In this document: positions 26,660-37,857 of the stretch, in pieces
Layout: each line of letters starts with the position of its first letter
Numbering within the stretch: the stretch's first letter is position 1
Assembly (NCBI GenBank): GCA_964412225.1
Contig: CAYPNB010000006.1
Coordinates: forward strand, 25,378 to 89,377
Direction of reading: 5' to 3'
Source of the DNA: an uncultured bacterium
Lineage (GTDB): Bacteria; Hydrothermota; Tepidihabitantia; Tepidihabitantales; Tepidihabitantaceae
DNA length: 64,000 nucleotides
Translations under genes and position numbers: made by a program
Notes under the pieces: model-generated
The model's input: only the letters and a program-made list of their open reading frames with translations
Told to the model about the DNA's origin: nothing
Databases searched by the model: none

Positions 26660-29600
26660 ATGCTGCAGGCGCTTAGGAAGTTAATTCCGTCCAAGAGTGA
26701 GAGGGAGGTCAGACGGCTACGCAAAACCGTTGCCGAAATCAATGCCATCTACGAGACCTACCGTTCACTTACCGATGCAGAATTACCGAAAAAGACCGAA
26801 GAGTTCATCGCCCGGGTTCGGGATGGTGAGTCGCTGGATAACATTTTACCCGAGGCGTTCGCCTTAGTAAAAGAGGCCTGCCGGCGTCTGGTGGGCAAGC
26901 GCTGGACCGTAACCAATCAGGAAATTACTTGGGATATGGTGCCTTTTGATGTCCAGTTGATCGGCGGAATTGTTTTACACGAAGGCAAGGTGGCGGAGAT
27001 GAAAACTGGTGAAGGTAAGACGCTCGTCGCCACGATGCCTTTATATCTCAATGCTCTGACGAAAAAGGGCTGTCATCTGGTAACGGTGAATGACTACCTT
27101 GCCCGAAGGGATCGGGAATGGATGGGTCCAATATACGAGACCCTCGGTCTGACCGTTGGTTACATTCAGGCCGGAATGAGTCCGGAGGAACGTCGCCCCC
27201 AGTATGCCTGTGATATTACCTATGGGACCAACAACGAGTTTGGCTTTGACTATCTACGGGATAATATGGTTATTAACTACGAAGACAAGGTCCAGCGGGG
27301 GCACCACTATGCGATAATTGACGAAGTGGATATCATTCTGGTTGACGAGGCACGTACCCCTCTGATCATCTCCGGACCGGTGGGCGTTTCCAAGGGTAAA
27401 CAGCTGGAGGAACTGGTGCCGCTGGTGAGCCGACTGTTTCGGGAGCAGGACCGGCTGGTTGACCGGCTGTGTGCTGAGGGTGAGCGTCTCTGGCGGCAGG
27501 GCAAGCAGTTTGAGGCAGCGGTAAAGTTTCTCCAGGCGCTGCGCGGTTCGCCGAAAAACAAGAACTTGATGCGTCTCCAGCAGGAGGAGGGGGTAAAGCG
27601 GGCGATTGAGAATGCCGACGGCGTTATCCGCCGGGATAAAAAATTGCACGAGATTGACGCCGAACTGTTTTTTGTTATTGATGAAAGGGACCATTCGGTC
27701 GACCTTACCGACAAGGGGCGCGCCGCCATCTCACCCAATGACCCGGAATTGTTTGTTCTGCCCGACTTAGCGAGCGAACTGGCGAAATGGGATGTTGACC
27801 CCAGCCTTTCATCACAGGAACGTGCCCGGGGTAAGGAGGAGACCTATCGCCGGTATGCGGAAAGGAGTGACCGGCTGGCCAACATTCATGCCCTATTAAA
27901 AGCCTATGCCCTGTTTGAGAAGGACGTTGACTACGTGGTGACGCCCAATGGCGAGGTGGTGATTGTTGATGAGTTCACTGGCCGGCTGATGCCCGGGCGG
28001 CGTTTTTCCGATGGTCTGCACGAGGCGCTGGAGGCAAAGGAACGGGTGGCGGTGCGAGAGGAGACCCAGACCTTTGGAACCATTACGCTACAGAATTACT
28101 TCCGGATGTACGAGAAGCTTGCCGGGATGTCAGGTACGGCGATGTCAATTGCCGCGGAGCTCTATCAGGTGTATAAACTGGAGGCGGTGGAGATTCCCAC
28201 CAATGCGCCGGTGCGCCGGATTGACTACCCGGATGTGGTATTTCGCACCCGGCGGGCAAAATACCAGGCGGTGGTTAAGGAGATCGTCAAATGGCACAAA
28301 CAGGGCCGGCCGATTCTTGTCGGCACCACCTCGGTTCAGGCTTCAGAAGAGTTGGACCGGCTTCTCCGTCCCACCGGTATCCGCTATGCCATTCTTAACG
28401 CCAAGAATCACGAGTCGGAAAGCCAGATTATTGCCCACGCCGGTGAGGCCGGGGCGGTGACGATTGCCACCAATATGGCCGGACGCGGTACCGATATAAA
28501 ACTGGGTAAAGGAGTGGTGAAGGGGGAGCGCTGCTATCTGGTATCGGGAGACGGGAAATGCGCCTACTGGGAAGAAAAACCGGGCCGGTGTTACGAGGAG
28601 GTTCCCTGCGGCCTTTATGTCATCGGGACCGAAAGGCACGAGGCGCGGCGGATTGATGACCAGCTGCGCGGTCGGTCAGGACGACAGGGTGATCCGGGTT
28701 CCTCTCGTTTTTTCTTGTCGTTTGAAGACGACCTGCTGCGGCTTTTCGGTAGTGACCGGATGGCCGCAATTATGGACCGGTGGGCCCCTGCCGAAGACGA
28801 ATCGGTGGAGAACAAACTGGTCACCCGGGTAATTGCCAATGCCCAGAAAAGGGTGGAGATGCGCAATGCGGAAATCCGGCGCCATCTTCTGGAGTATGAT
28901 GACGTGATGAACCGTCAGCGGGAGGTGGTTTACAACCTGCGAGACACCATTCTGAAAGAAAATGACCCCAGCGGGGTGTTCAACAATATCCTGGAGTCGT
29001 TTGTTGACCGGCTTCTGGACCGGTTTGCCCGGAGCCGGAACTCATCGGAATGGGACTGGGAAGGAATGCGGGAGGAGGTGCTGAAGACTTTTCTTGCCGA
29101 CCTGCCCGGTTATAGCGATGGCCAGCGTGATTTCACTCCGGATGAACTCAAGGAACAGCTCTTCCAGCTTGGCAGAAACCGCTACGAAGAGTTGGCTCAG
29201 GAGGTGGGCGTTGAGGTGATTGGCCAGTGGTGCCGCCGGGTGTTCCTCGCCACCCTGGATGAAGCCTGGCGCGACCATCTCCACCAATTGGATATTCTCC
29301 GCGAGGGCATCGGTCTGCAGGCTTACGGTCAGAAGGACCCGTTGGTGGAATACAAACAGGAGTCATTTCGTTTGTTCAGCGAGACGATGCAGGATTTTTA
29401 TGGTAACGCCCTGAAGATTCTCTTCCGGGTTGACCCGCGAAGTGGTGAGGATCGGCTCAGTCCACGCCGGATGGCGACGGTGCGGGCATATAAACCAGCT
29501 CAGTCGGCAGAAGAGCCCGCACCACAAACACCGGCAGCGGCACCGATCCGCCGGGAAACACCTAAGGTTGGTAGAAACGACCCCTGTCCTTGTGGGTCGG

Positions 29601-29689
29601 GGAAGAAATACAAACGCTGCTGCGGTCTTCTTGAATCCAACCGGGTCAAGGGGGCCGCTTCGGCTAGCAGGACCAAAGCCAAAACTTAA
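26660..29689 (+). CDS. secA: Preprotein translocase ATPase SecA
   Basis: DEAD motor motifs, preprotein cross-linking domain, C-terminal zinc-binding [14 protein letters not shown]. 1009 aa. Confidence 0.95.
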   Translation: MLQALRKLIPSKSEREVRRLRKTVAEINAIYETYRSLTDAELPKKTEEFIARVRDGESLDNILPEAFALVKEACRRLVGKRWTVTNQEITWDMVPFDVQLIGGIVLHEGKVAEMKTGEGKTLVATMPLYLNALTKKGCHLVTVNDYLARRDREWMGPIYETLGLTVGYIQAGMSPEERRPQYACDITYGTNNEFGFDYLRDNMVINYEDKVQRGHHYAIIDEVDIILVDEARTPLIISGPVGVSKGKQLEELVPLVSRLFREQDRLVDRLCAEGERLWRQGKQFEAAVKFLQALRGSPKNKNLMRLQQEEGVKRAIENADGVIRRDKKLHEIDAELFFVIDERDHSVDLTDKGRAAISPNDPELFVLPDLASELAKWDVDPSLSSQERARGKEETYRRYAERSDRLANIHALLKAYALFEKDVDYVVTPNGEVVIVDEFTGRLMPGRRFSDGLHEALEAKERVAVREETQTFGTITLQNYFRMYEKLAGMSGTAMSIAAELYQVYKLEAVEIPTNAPVRRIDYPDVVFRTRRAKYQAVVKEIVKWHKQGRPILVGTTSVQASEELDRLLRPTGIRYAILNAKNHESESQIIAHAGEAGAVTIATNMAGRGTDIKLGKGVVKGERCYLVSGDGKCAYWEEKPGRCYEEVPCGLYVIGTERHEARRIDDQLRGRSGRQGDPGSSRFFLSFEDDLLRLFGSDRMAAIMDRWAPAEDESVENKLVTRVIANAQKRVEMRNAEIRRHLLEYDDVMNRQREVVYNLRDTILKENDPSGVFNNILESFVDRLLDRFARSRNSSEWDWEGMREEVLKTFLADLPGYSDGQRDFTPDELKEQLFQLGRNRYEELAQEVGVEVIGQWCRRVFLATLDEAWRDHLHQLDILREGIGLQAYGQKDPLVEYKQESFRLFSETMQDFYGNALKILFRVDPRSGEDRLSPRRMATVRAYKPAQSAEEPAPQTPAAAPIRRETPKVGRNDPCPCGSGKKYKRCCGLLESNRVKGAASASRTKAKT

Positions 29690-29701
29690 AAAGGAGGAGC
29701 A

Positions 29702-30076
29702 ATGGCAAAAATCCCAACGAGCAGAATCATTCTCTACGTGGTTCTTGCCATCGTTGTTATCGTGGTTGGAATCTGGGTGCTCCGAACCCGCGCCCAGGAG
29801 TCCAAAATTGGTAAAAGGGTAATGGAAGCCGAGGATATTGGACCGTTTGTCAATAAGGCGGCACGCCAGATTGAGAACGTTGAAAGCAAACTGGCTCGCT
29901 TTAGCGGTCCGGAGGTTGATCAGGCGAACCAGTTACTCAGCGAGGCGCGGACCGGTCTTCAGGAAATTCAGAGTCTAACCGAACCAGCCGAGATTACCAA
30001 GAAACGCGACGAGATAATGGATAAAATCGGCGAAGCCCGCAAATTGGTACGCAAGGCAAAGGGTGGTGGCGATTAG
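29702..30076 (+). CDS. Small membrane-anchored coiled-coil protein (paralog A)
   Basis: N-terminal TM helix (IILYVVLAIVVIVVGIWVL) then a helical charged region. AAGGAGG-like SD (aaaaggaggagca) upstream. Confidence 0.5.
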   Translation: MAKIPTSRIILYVVLAIVVIVVGIWVLRTRAQESKIGKRVMEAEDIGPFVNKAARQIENVESKLARFSGPEVDQANQLLSEARTGLQEIQSLTEPAEITKKRDEIMDKIGEARKLVRKAKGGGD

Positions 30077-30133
30077 ATAGCGCGAATTTAAACGGGGGTT
30101 TGCCCGTGCGGCAAGCCCCCGGGAGGTAAAACG

Positions 30134-30520
30134 ATGAAGGGGCGGATAATTTTATGGTCAGTTGTAGGAGTATTGGTTATTGCCGGTGTCCTGTTTATTC
30201 TACTCACCGGGAAAAGCACCCGTCGTAATCAGGTTACTATTGACGACCTGAAAAGGCAGGCGGCGCGTACTGAGACCTCAATAAATGAATTAACCGCAAA
30301 ACTGGCTCAAGCAAAGGCGGTGCCACTCCCGGCAGAAAAAGTTCAGATGCTCACCGAAGCGGAGCAGAAACTGAATCAGGCGCGTACCCTGCTGGCAGAG
30401 GTAAAGAATGCCACCGAACCGGGAAAGGCGAATGAGACACTTCGTAATGTGCACCGAGTTATCCGTCAGGTCCGGCGGCGGCTGCGGGAAGCGACCAAAC
30501 CTAAACCAGCTGGTCAGTAG
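30134..30520 (+). CDS. Small membrane-anchored coiled-coil protein (paralog B)
   Basis: Same architecture as 29702-30076 (TM helix IILWSVVGVLVIAGVLFILL, then coiled-coil). Shared segments such as L..EA...L.E......EP. Confidence 0.5.
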   Translation: MKGRIILWSVVGVLVIAGVLFILLTGKSTRRNQVTIDDLKRQAARTETSINELTAKLAQAKAVPLPAEKVQMLTEAEQKLNQARTLLAEVKNATEPGKANETLRNVHRVIRQVRRRLREATKPKPAGQ

Positions 30521-31399
30521 TTAAAACCAACGATATAGCAAGCGGGGATACTGGGAGACCCCGAGGAATCGGTTTAACCCCTCTTCAAAAATTTGCCGAA
30601 TCCAGAAACTGAACCGGGGTCGGGGTTTGATTAACCTTGGTTCACCTTCAATCCCACACAGGTTGGCAAGAATCCGCTTGGCGTCTTCCAGGGTGCCGAG
30701 GGTGTCAACCAGTCCGAACTTTAACGCCTGCTTGCCGGTGAGAATGCGCCCGTCGGCGATCTGTTTCAGGCTGTCCAAGGGGATATTTCTGGCGGTGCTC
30801 ACCGCTTCAAGAAACTGTTCATAGACATCACTCACCACTCTCTGGAGAAGTTGCCGGTCCTGGTCGGTCATCTCCCGGAAGGGCGAGCCAATGTCCTTTG
30901 CTTCCCGGGACTTAATCACTTCTACCTTCATACCCAGTTTATCCAGGAGACGATGGACAATGGGTAGTTCCATTATTACCCCGATGGAACCGGTTAGTGT
31001 CCCGGGGTTGGCAACGATCTTGGTTGCTGGTGCCGAGACATAGTAGCCGCCCGAAGCCGCGAGCGCGCCCATGGAGACCACTACCGGTTTACCCTCCTCC
31101 CGGATGCGCTTTATCTCGGAGTAAATTTCATGGGCGGCGGTGACTCCCCCACCCGGACTCTCCACCCGGACCAGAATGCCTTTTACCTGCCGATTCTTCT
31201 TCAGCGCCTGTAGTTGCTGGACCGTTTCCCGGGAATCGGTTATTGTTCCGCTGATGGTAATATAGCCCAGCGCCTTTCCCGAAACAACCGGCATCTCATC
31301 TTTTATTCCGGAGATAAAAATCGTTGTGGTCAGGATGGTGGGAATCAGCGTTACCAGCACCCCGACCACAATCAGGACAATCAAAGTCCGGCGGCTCAT
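30521..31399 (-). CDS. sppA: Signal peptide peptidase SppA (S49, 36K type)
   Basis: N-terminal TM. S49 catalytic region ...MGALAASGGYYVSAPATKIVANPGTLTGSIGVI. Confidence 0.85.
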   Translation of the reverse strand: MSRRTLIVLIVVGVLVTLIPTILTTTIFISGIKDEMPVVSGKALGYITISGTITDSRETVQQLQALKKNRQVKGILVRVESPGGGVTAAHEIYSEIKRIREEGKPVVVSMGALAASGGYYVSAPATKIVANPGTLTGSIGVIMELPIVHRLLDKLGMKVEVIKSREAKDIGSPFREMTDQDRQLLQRVVSDVYEQFLEAVSTARNIPLDSLKQIADGRILTGKQALKFGLVDTLGTLEDAKRILANLCGIEGEPRLIKPRPRFSFWIRQIFEEGLNRFLGVSQYPRLLYRWF

Positions 31400-31409
31400 A
31401 AAATTTGAA

Positions 31410-31482
31410 TGGGCCCTAGTGGACTTGAACCACTGGCCCCTGCGTTATCAGCACAGTGCTCTACCACCTGAGCTAAGGGCCC
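31410..31482 (-). tRNA. tRNA-Ile (anticodon GAT)
   Basis: The reverse complement GGGCCCTTAGCTCAGGTGGTAGAGCACTGTGCTGATAACGCAGGGGCCAGTGGTTCAAGTCCACTAGGGCCCA folds as a cloverleaf with anticodon loop CTGATAA. Confidence 0.85.
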
Positions 31483-31512
31483 AACAGATTTAATCATATT
31501 ATAAAACTTTAG

Positions 31513-32898
31513 TTAAGTCAAGCGTTTCAACCGCCAGCCGTCTTTTGTGTCTTCCACCAACCATCCCTGCTGGCGTAGTTCCTCGCGCAATCGGTCGGCC
31601 TCGGCCCAGTTTTTTGCTTGTCTTGCCTTTTCCCTTTTTTGGGCCAGGTGCTGAATTTCCAGCGGGATTTCGTCTCCGGCAATTGTTGCCGCCAGATTCA
31701 ATCCCAGGACCCGGTCAAAATCCAGCAGCCGTTCCCACGCCCGCGGGTCCTGGCGCCGATTGCCTTCCCGGACCATGTCCCATATCACCGCCAGCGCCTG
31801 GGGCAGGTTGAGGTCATCCTCAATCGCCGCCCGAAACTTAACCCGGAAACTCTCGGTCCAGTCTTCATCGGTCGGCTTTTTCCAGTTCCGTGAGTTCAGT
31901 TTCGTCTCCCGCAGGCCGCGCAGGGCGTTCTGGGCGCTGACGAGCGCCTCATTAGTAAAGTTTAAAGGCATCCGGTAATGGGCGGTATGACAGAGGTAAC
32001 GAAAGGCAATGGGTTCAAACCCCTGTTCTTCCAGTTCCGGAATTGTAACGATATTTCCCTCCGATTTTCCCATTCTTGATTCGCCCAGCACAAGAAAGGC
32101 GTTGTGTAACCAGTAGCGGACAACCTCCCTGCCAGTAGCGGCGAAGTTCTGCGCCCGTTCATTTGTATGGTGAATCGGAATGTGGTCAATGCCGCCGGTG
32201 TGGATATCAAATTCTTCTCCCAGGTACTTCATTGACATCGCCGAGCACTCAATGTGCCAGCCCGGAAAACCCCGGCCCCAGGGAGCATCCCACTGCATCA
32301 GATGTTTGGGTTGATTGGTAATCCAGAGGGCAAAGTCGGATGGGTTTCGCCGTTCCGGGTCTACTGCCACCCGGGCACCCGCCTGTTGTTCTTCCAGGTT
32401 CAGTCTGCCCAGGCGCCAGTAATCCGGATAGCGGGCGGTGTCAAATATCAGTCCGACGCCGGTTTTATAGGCAAAGCCGTTTTCCTCTATCCGTTTTATC
32501 AGGGCGATCATATCCGGGATGTGTTCGGTTGCCCGGCAGATGATGTGCGGTCGGAGGATGTTCAGTTTTGTCGCATCGCGGAAAAAGGCGTCTTCGTAAA
32601 ACCGGGCGATTTCTTCTGGACGCTTGCCTTCCCTTTTTGCCCCGGCTTCCAATTTGTCTTCGCCGAGGTCGTCATCAGTGGTGAGATGGCCGACATCGGT
32701 GATGTTCATCACGTGCTTTACCTGGAATCCGAGGTACTCAAACACCCGGCGCAGGGTATCGGCAAACACATAGGCCCGGAAGTTACCGATGTGGGCAAAC
32801 CAGTAAACGGTGGGGCCACAGGTGTAAATTTTCACCCGCCCGGGTTCAACCGGGATAAAATCTTGTTTGCTGCGAGTAAGGGTATTGTAAATTTTCAT
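31513..32898 (-). CDS. cysS: Cysteine--tRNA ligase
   Basis: Class I HIGH ([13 protein letters not shown]) and KMSKS-like (RMGKSEGN). Zn-binding Cys. 461 aa. Confidence 0.9.
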   Translation of the reverse strand: MKIYNTLTRSKQDFIPVEPGRVKIYTCGPTVYWFAHIGNFRAYVFADTLRRVFEYLGFQVKHVMNITDVGHLTTDDDLGEDKLEAGAKREGKRPEEIARFYEDAFFRDATKLNILRPHIICRATEHIPDMIALIKRIEENGFAYKTGVGLIFDTARYPDYWRLGRLNLEEQQAGARVAVDPERRNPSDFALWITNQPKHLMQWDAPWGRGFPGWHIECSAMSMKYLGEEFDIHTGGIDHIPIHHTNERAQNFAATGREVVRYWLHNAFLVLGESRMGKSEGNIVTIPELEEQGFEPIAFRYLCHTAHYRMPLNFTNEALVSAQNALRGLRETKLNSRNWKKPTDEDWTESFRVKFRAAIEDDLNLPQALAVIWDMVREGNRRQDPRAWERLLDFDRVLGLNLAATIAGDEIPLEIQHLAQKREKARQAKNWAEADRLREELRQQGWLVEDTKDGWRLKRLT

Positions 32899-32970
32899 CT
32901 GCCGGCATTTTATCTTTAAACTCCGCTGCCGTCAACCAGCGGCATCGCGTCCTGGTAGTTGTCATTGCCG

Positions 32971-34002
32971 TTATTCCAGGATTGGTTTTGCCGATTCGTC
33001 GTTTTTGCGGGGTCGGATGTCCAGCGGTAGCCGGGCAAAAGCGGGCAGGTCCGGAGGGGAGGGGCCGAATCGTTGATAGCGTTCAAATCCTGCCGCCGCA
33101 ATCATCGCCGCATTATCGGTGCAGTACGCTGGTCGGGGAATGAAAAGTTGTAACCCCAGTCGTTCACCCAACTGCTGGAGTCGTTCCCGGAGATGGCGGT
33201 TAGCCGCCACTCCGCCGGAAATCCCGACCCGGTGGAATCCGGTGATTTGCACCGCCTGTTCTACCCTTCTTGTTAGCGCCCGCACCGCCGCTTCCTGAAA
33301 AGAGGCCGCTACATCTTCCTTTGCCGTATCCGGATGGTCACGCAGATAATAAAGCACCGCGGTTTTAAGCCCGGAGAAACTGAAGTTCATTCCCCCGGGG
33401 TCAGGAGCCGGAAAATCAATCACCGCCCGCCCTTTTCTTGCCAGGTTCTCTATTTCAGCGCCACCCGGATAGGGGAGGCCGAGTAGTTTTGCCACTTTGT
33501 CAAATGCCTCTCCGCAGGCGTCGTCAACTGTGGAACCCAGTTCTTCGTACTCACACCAGTCGCGGACAATCAGCAGTTCGGTATGACCACCGGAAACGAC
33601 CAGCCCGAGATATGGCGGTTGCAAGTCTGGATACTCTAAACGAAGGGCAAAGATGTGTCCTTCTAAGTGATTCACACCAACAAACGGTACCCCCAGGGCA
33701 AAGCTCAACCCTTTGGCGAATGGCAATCCGACAAGGAGCGCGCCGAGAAGCCCGGGGGCGTGAGTGACGGCAATCAGATTTAGATCCGAATACCCGATGC
33801 CCCCCTTCGCCAGCGCAGTCTCCACCACCGGAACGAGTATCCGGATATGCGCCCTTGCGGCCAGTTCCGGAACCACACCACCGTAGAGAGAATGAACTAT
33901 CTGGGAGGATACGATACTGGACCGCACCGTTACGCCGTCCACTACAACGCTGGCGGCGGTTTCGTCACAGGAAGTTTCAATTCCGAGGCAGAAGAAATTC
34001 AC
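32971..34002 (-). CDS. tsaD: tRNA N6-adenosine threonylcarbamoyltransferase TsaD (Kae1/Gcp)
   Basis: N-terminal LGIETSCDETAASVV and ASKH-fold metal-binding His pair (HLEGH). Confidence 0.9.
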   Translation of the reverse strand: MNFFCLGIETSCDETAASVVVDGVTVRSSIVSSQIVHSLYGGVVPELAARAHIRILVPVVETALAKGGIGYSDLNLIAVTHAPGLLGALLVGLPFAKGLSFALGVPFVGVNHLEGHIFALRLEYPDLQPPYLGLVVSGGHTELLIVRDWCEYEELGSTVDDACGEAFDKVAKLLGLPYPGGAEIENLARKGRAVIDFPAPDPGGMNFSFSGLKTAVLYYLRDHPDTAKEDVAASFQEAAVRALTRRVEQAVQITGFHRVGISGGVAANRHLRERLQQLGERLGLQLFIPRPAYCTDNAAMIAAAGFERYQRFGPSPPDLPAFARLPLDIRPRKNDESAKPILE

Positions 34003-34913
34003 CTGATGGTTACCACGAAAAGTTGGGGTTCACACTTCACCAATCGGAACCGCGGCGGCAGAAGGACATCGGCACCAAGCCGATGTTCTCCCACCGGCAA
34101 ACTGGCGATTTTAATTTGCACCGTGATATCGGTGGTTTTGAGGGAATCAATCATGTTGGCCGGTCCGGCAATCGCTATCTGGGCTTCATCTGGTTCTACC
34201 GAGATATCCATCGTGGGCGGCGCAATCACCTTTACCGGTAGTCCTAAAAATATCCGTGCCGCCTCCCGCTCCAGTGTTACTTCCACCATTACCGACTCGG
34301 GAACAGCGCTGAAGCCACGTCCGGTAGGAACCAGTACCCGCAAAACCCGCCGTTCGCCCGACTGGACTCGGCTTAAGTCCAGCGTTTCGGTTGTCACGGT
34401 GTTGTAGTTTTCAATCTCGTCGCTTGGCCCAATAAGTTTTACTCCGGAGAGCGGCCGGATCTCCGTAATCGTCATCCCGCCCGACGGCCAGTTTTTTGTT
34501 GGTACTATCACCTTCACATCCCGTGCCTGTGCCGGACCCAGTTTTACCTCTACCAACTCCGGTTCTATTGTCCGTACAGTAATCCCGGCGGGCAATTTCA
34601 GGTCGGCGGAGTTCAGCCGGACCTGCCGGCTGCCAAAACGACCTTCGGGCACCAGCGGCTGGAACGTCAGCTGCGACCGCCGGATCCGGAGCAGTTCTTT
34701 TCCCTTGCCGCTCAGTGTGACCCGGGCGTTCTTGGCGTCAACATTGGTAATCACCCGTTCCTTTTCCCCTTTTTCCACCACCTTTATCGGCACCTCCAGC
34801 GTTATCTCATATTGGCGCTCCAGAGCCGCCACCCCCCAGAGAAACAGGGCGAAGAGCAGGGCTAATAATTTCATGGGCAGATTGGCAAAGAGAATCCGGA
34901 GAAAGTGCATCAA
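33999..34913 (-). CDS. YbbR-like domain protein (CdaR-like)
   Basis: N-terminal TM, then repeated YbbR-type beta domains (...VTLSGKGKELLRI..., ...VIVPTKNWP...). No diadenylate cyclase gene nearby. Overlaps tsaD by 4 nt. Confidence 0.6.
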   Translation of the reverse strand: MMHFLRILFANLPMKLLALLFALFLWGVAALERQYEITLEVPIKVVEKGEKERVITNVDAKNARVTLSGKGKELLRIRRSQLTFQPLVPEGRFGSRQVRLNSADLKLPAGITVRTIEPELVEVKLGPAQARDVKVIVPTKNWPSGGMTITEIRPLSGVKLIGPSDEIENYNTVTTETLDLSRVQSGERRVLRVLVPTGRGFSAVPESVMVEVTLEREAARIFLGLPVKVIAPPTMDISVEPDEAQIAIAGPANMIDSLKTTDITVQIKIASLPVGEHRLGADVLLPPRFRLVKCEPQLFVVTIR

Positions 34914-34971
34914 GTAAATATAAACAGGCTGAACCGGGCTGTCAATTTACCCCCGGGCAGGGCTTGACTTT

Positions 34972-36795
34972 ATGGGTGAACCGGGCATTATTGGGGTGAT
35001 GGCAGATACGGTTTATTCGGCATTCGCCGGTGTTGTTAAACGTTTTCCGGACCGCACCGCATTGATGTATAAATCTGGTGGCAGGTATCGGGCCATCACC
35101 TATGCCCGGCTCAGTCAGATGGTTGACGAAGTCGCCGTGGCACTGGCTGAGCAGGGGGTAAAACCGGGGATGCGCGTGGGCATTTACTCTTACAACCGAC
35201 CGGAATGGGTGGTCGCTGACCTCGCCGCGATTAAACTGGGGGCGGTGGTTGTGCCGGTGTATCACACCCTGCCGCTGAGCACTGTCTGCTACATTCTTGC
35301 CGAGACCGAGGTCAGCCACCTGTTCGTGGAAACGCCGGAGTTGCTCAATCCGCTTGTTCCCCACCTTGCCGACTTGCCCGCTCTGCAAATGCTCATTACT
35401 TTCTTTGACCAGCTGGACGGAAAACTGGAGGGTAAGGGGTTTACCTGTCTTTCTGCTTTGCGTCTTGCCGGCGCCCGGTCTTGGCAAGAAAAACCGGCGT
35501 TGAGACAGCCCCACCCGGCCCAGCCGGATGAACTTTTGACCATCTGTTATACCTCCGGGACCACCGGTGAACCCAAGGGGGCGATGCTCTCACATCGCAA
35601 CATCATCGCGAATGTCCGCGGGGCAATTGAGCGGTTCAGCATCACCGCAAACGACCGTTTGCTTTCTTTTCTGCCCCTCTGCCATATGTTTGAGCGCACC
35701 TGTGGTTATTACACGATGCTTCTCGCCGGTGCCGCCATCGCCTATGCCGAATCGCTCCAGACCATCCGGGAAGACGTCCAGCGGGTGAAGCCTACCCTTT
35801 TAATCGTTGTGCCCAGGGTGCTGGAAAAGGTTTACAATGCGGTCCAGGAAAAGGTTCTTACCAGTTCTCCGCTCCAACGCCGGCTGATGGTTGCCACGAT
35901 TAAAACCTGTAACCGGTTTGCCATTCTGCGCCAGCAGCGCCGTCCAATTTCCCCCGGGTTGAGGCTGAAGAAAAAAATCCTTGACCTTATTGTTGTCCGG
36001 AAACTGCGCAAACTGGGGGGCGGCAAACTCCGGCTCATCGTTTCCGGCGGTGCGCCGTTAGAACGAAAACTGGCGCGGACCATCCGCAACCTCGGTTTCA
36101 ATCTTCTTGAGGGTTATGGTTTGACCGAAACTGCGCCGGTGGTCTGTGCTGCGGTGCCGGGAGAGGAGCGGGTGGGAACGGTGGGCAAGCCGTTTCCCGG
36201 AGTGGAGATAAAAATTGGCCCCAATGACGAGGTCCTGGTGCGGGGTCCTAATTTGATGCTGGGCTACTTCAAAAAACCTGCGGAAACCGCCCAGGTGATT
36301 GATCAGGAAGGCTGGTTTCACACCGGGGACCAGGGTAAAATTGATCCGGCCGGCAACCTCATCATCACAGGTAGAATCAAGGAGTTAATCGTCAACTCCT
36401 ATGGCAAGAACATTCCACCGGTACCGATTGAACAGGCGCTCAGTAACTCCAAGTATATTGAACAGGCGGTGGTAATTGGGGACCGGCGACCTTATCTGGT
36501 GGCCCTGATTGTCCCGGCCCGTCTTACCCTGGAGGATTACGCCCGGGAGCAGAAGATACCGTTTGCGGATTTTCCCGAGCTCCTTGAGCACCCAGAAATA
36601 AACCGGCTCTTCCGGGAGGAGATTGACCGCTGTTTGCTTCCTTTCGCCACTTACGAGCAGGTGCGCCGGTTCCGGTTAATTCCGGAGCCGCTTACTGTGG
36701 AAAACGGTTTCCTTACGCCCACCCTCAAGGTGAGACGGAAACCGGTAGCAGATGCCTACCGGGAACTGATTGAGGCGATGTACCAGGAGGGCTAA
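34972..36795 (+). CDS. Long-chain-fatty-acid--CoA ligase (AMP-dependent synthetase/ligase)
   Basis: AMP-binding motif YTSGTTGEPKGAMLSHRN and downstream A8/A10 regions. The likely true start is an internal Met near 35002. Confidence 0.85.
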   Translation: MGEPGIIGVMADTVYSAFAGVVKRFPDRTALMYKSGGRYRAITYARLSQMVDEVAVALAEQGVKPGMRVGIYSYNRPEWVVADLAAIKLGAVVVPVYHTLPLSTVCYILAETEVSHLFVETPELLNPLVPHLADLPALQMLITFFDQLDGKLEGKGFTCLSALRLAGARSWQEKPALRQPHPAQPDELLTICYTSGTTGEPKGAMLSHRNIIANVRGAIERFSITANDRLLSFLPLCHMFERTCGYYTMLLAGAAIAYAESLQTIREDVQRVKPTLLIVVPRVLEKVYNAVQEKVLTSSPLQRRLMVATIKTCNRFAILRQQRRPISPGLRLKKKILDLIVVRKLRKLGGGKLRLIVSGGAPLERKLARTIRNLGFNLLEGYGLTETAPVVCAAVPGEERVGTVGKPFPGVEIKIGPNDEVLVRGPNLMLGYFKKPAETAQVIDQEGWFHTGDQGKIDPAGNLIITGRIKELIVNSYGKNIPPVPIEQALSNSKYIEQAVVIGDRRPYLVALIVPARLTLEDYAREQKIPFADFPELLEHPEINRLFREEIDRCLLPFATYEQVRRFRLIPEPLTVENGFLTPTLKVRRKPVADAYRELIEAMYQEG

Positions 36796-37074
36796 ACGGT
36801 CGGTCTTTTTTTCTTTACAGTTCTGTTTGCCCAGACCCCGGACGCGGTCTGTGACCGGGCGCAGTTTTTCTTATTTAACCGCCATCGCGATGCCAGCTAC
36901 ATTGATTCTGCCTATGCGCTCCTGGCCGCGGCCCGGAAAGCGCATCCCACCCATGAGCGCACCCTTTATCTCTGGTCCCGGCTGCACACCCAGTTTGGCG
37001 AGAACGCATCACGGAAACAGGAAAAGATCCACTGGTATGAGCGAGCAAAGGCGATTGCGGAGACATTACAGCAG

Positions 37075-37512
37075 GTGAATCCGAATAATCCGGACGGGCA
37101 TATGTGGTGGGGAATTGCCCAGGGGAGAATCGGTCAGACCCGCGGGGTGCTTAATTCTCTGTTTATGGTCGGGGAGTTGAAAAGGGCATTTACCAAGGTT
37201 TTGGAACTGGACTCGGGTTATGCTGCTGCCTACGATGGGCTCGGGGTTCTCTATTACGAACTGCCCGGTTTTGCCGGTGGTGACCTGAAACGAGCGGAGC
37301 GGTTTCTTGTTAAAGGTATCGCCATTGACCCCAACTATACCATCATCCGGCTTGACCTCGCCCGGGTATACCTCAAACAGGGTCGTATTGATAAGGCAAA
37401 AGAGCAGTTACGGCTGGTAATTAAAACCGCCAATCCTACCTGTCCGGCCGATTTCTTTTTAGAAGACAAACCGGCGGCAGAGAAACTTTTAAGAGACTTG
37501 GAACAGCGCTAA
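37075..37512 (+). CDS. TPR-repeat protein (start uncertain; the in-frame coding-like sequence extends upstream to 36796 without a canonical start)
   Basis: TPR-like helical repeats. The same frame is open from the CoA ligase stop (36793-36795) and encodes a signal-peptide-like segment (VGLFFFTVLFAQTP...), but has no ATG/GTG/TTG before 37075. Confidence 0.55.
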   Translation: MNPNNPDGHMWWGIAQGRIGQTRGVLNSLFMVGELKRAFTKVLELDSGYAAAYDGLGVLYYELPGFAGGDLKRAERFLVKGIAIDPNYTIIRLDLARVYLKQGRIDKAKEQLRLVIKTANPTCPADFFLEDKPAAEKLLRDLEQR

Positions 37513-37518
37513 TCCGGT

Positions 37519-37857
37519 TCAGGCAGAAGGGGTACCCTTTTGTTCCTGGGGCTGGATTGCCGGCGGTTTCATTTCTTCGGCCATCGGTGAGGCGATGTTT
37601 TCTTCGGCTCGTTTTAGCGCCTCGTTAATAATTCTGATTTTCGTTGCCACCGAAGCGCGGCGGTTAATTATTACCATCAACCGGTTCTTTACCCGGCAGA
37701 CACCGCCTTCGCTCCGCAGGTCATCGTAAATTACCCGAATACCCAGTTCGGCACAGCGTGCCTCCAGGTCGGCAAGCACCATTTCTTGAGAGCCTTTTTT
37801 GATTTTTACCTCCGGTTTATCATCCCGGTTTAAATCCATCCCTGCTCCTTGTACCAT
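37519..37857 (-). CDS. Hypothetical small protein
   Basis: 112-aa ORF tightly packed downstream of the epimerase gene. No motif recognised. The start may be an internal Met (MDLN...). Confidence 0.35.
   Translation of the reverse strand: MVQGAGMDLNRDDKPEVKIKKGSQEMVLADLEARCAELGIRVIYDDLRSEGGVCRVKNRLMVIINRRASVATKIRIINEALKRAEENIASPMAEEMKPPAIQPQEQKGTPSA

Noticed and set aside
34942-35514. 190-aa minus-strand ORF
   Set aside because: Fully contained antisense to the fadD-like AMP-binding gene.
36770-37078. 102-aa ORF upstream of the TPR gene
   Set aside because: Arg-rich nonsense frame; the alternative frame is contiguous with the TPR protein and encodes signal-peptide and TPR-like sequence.
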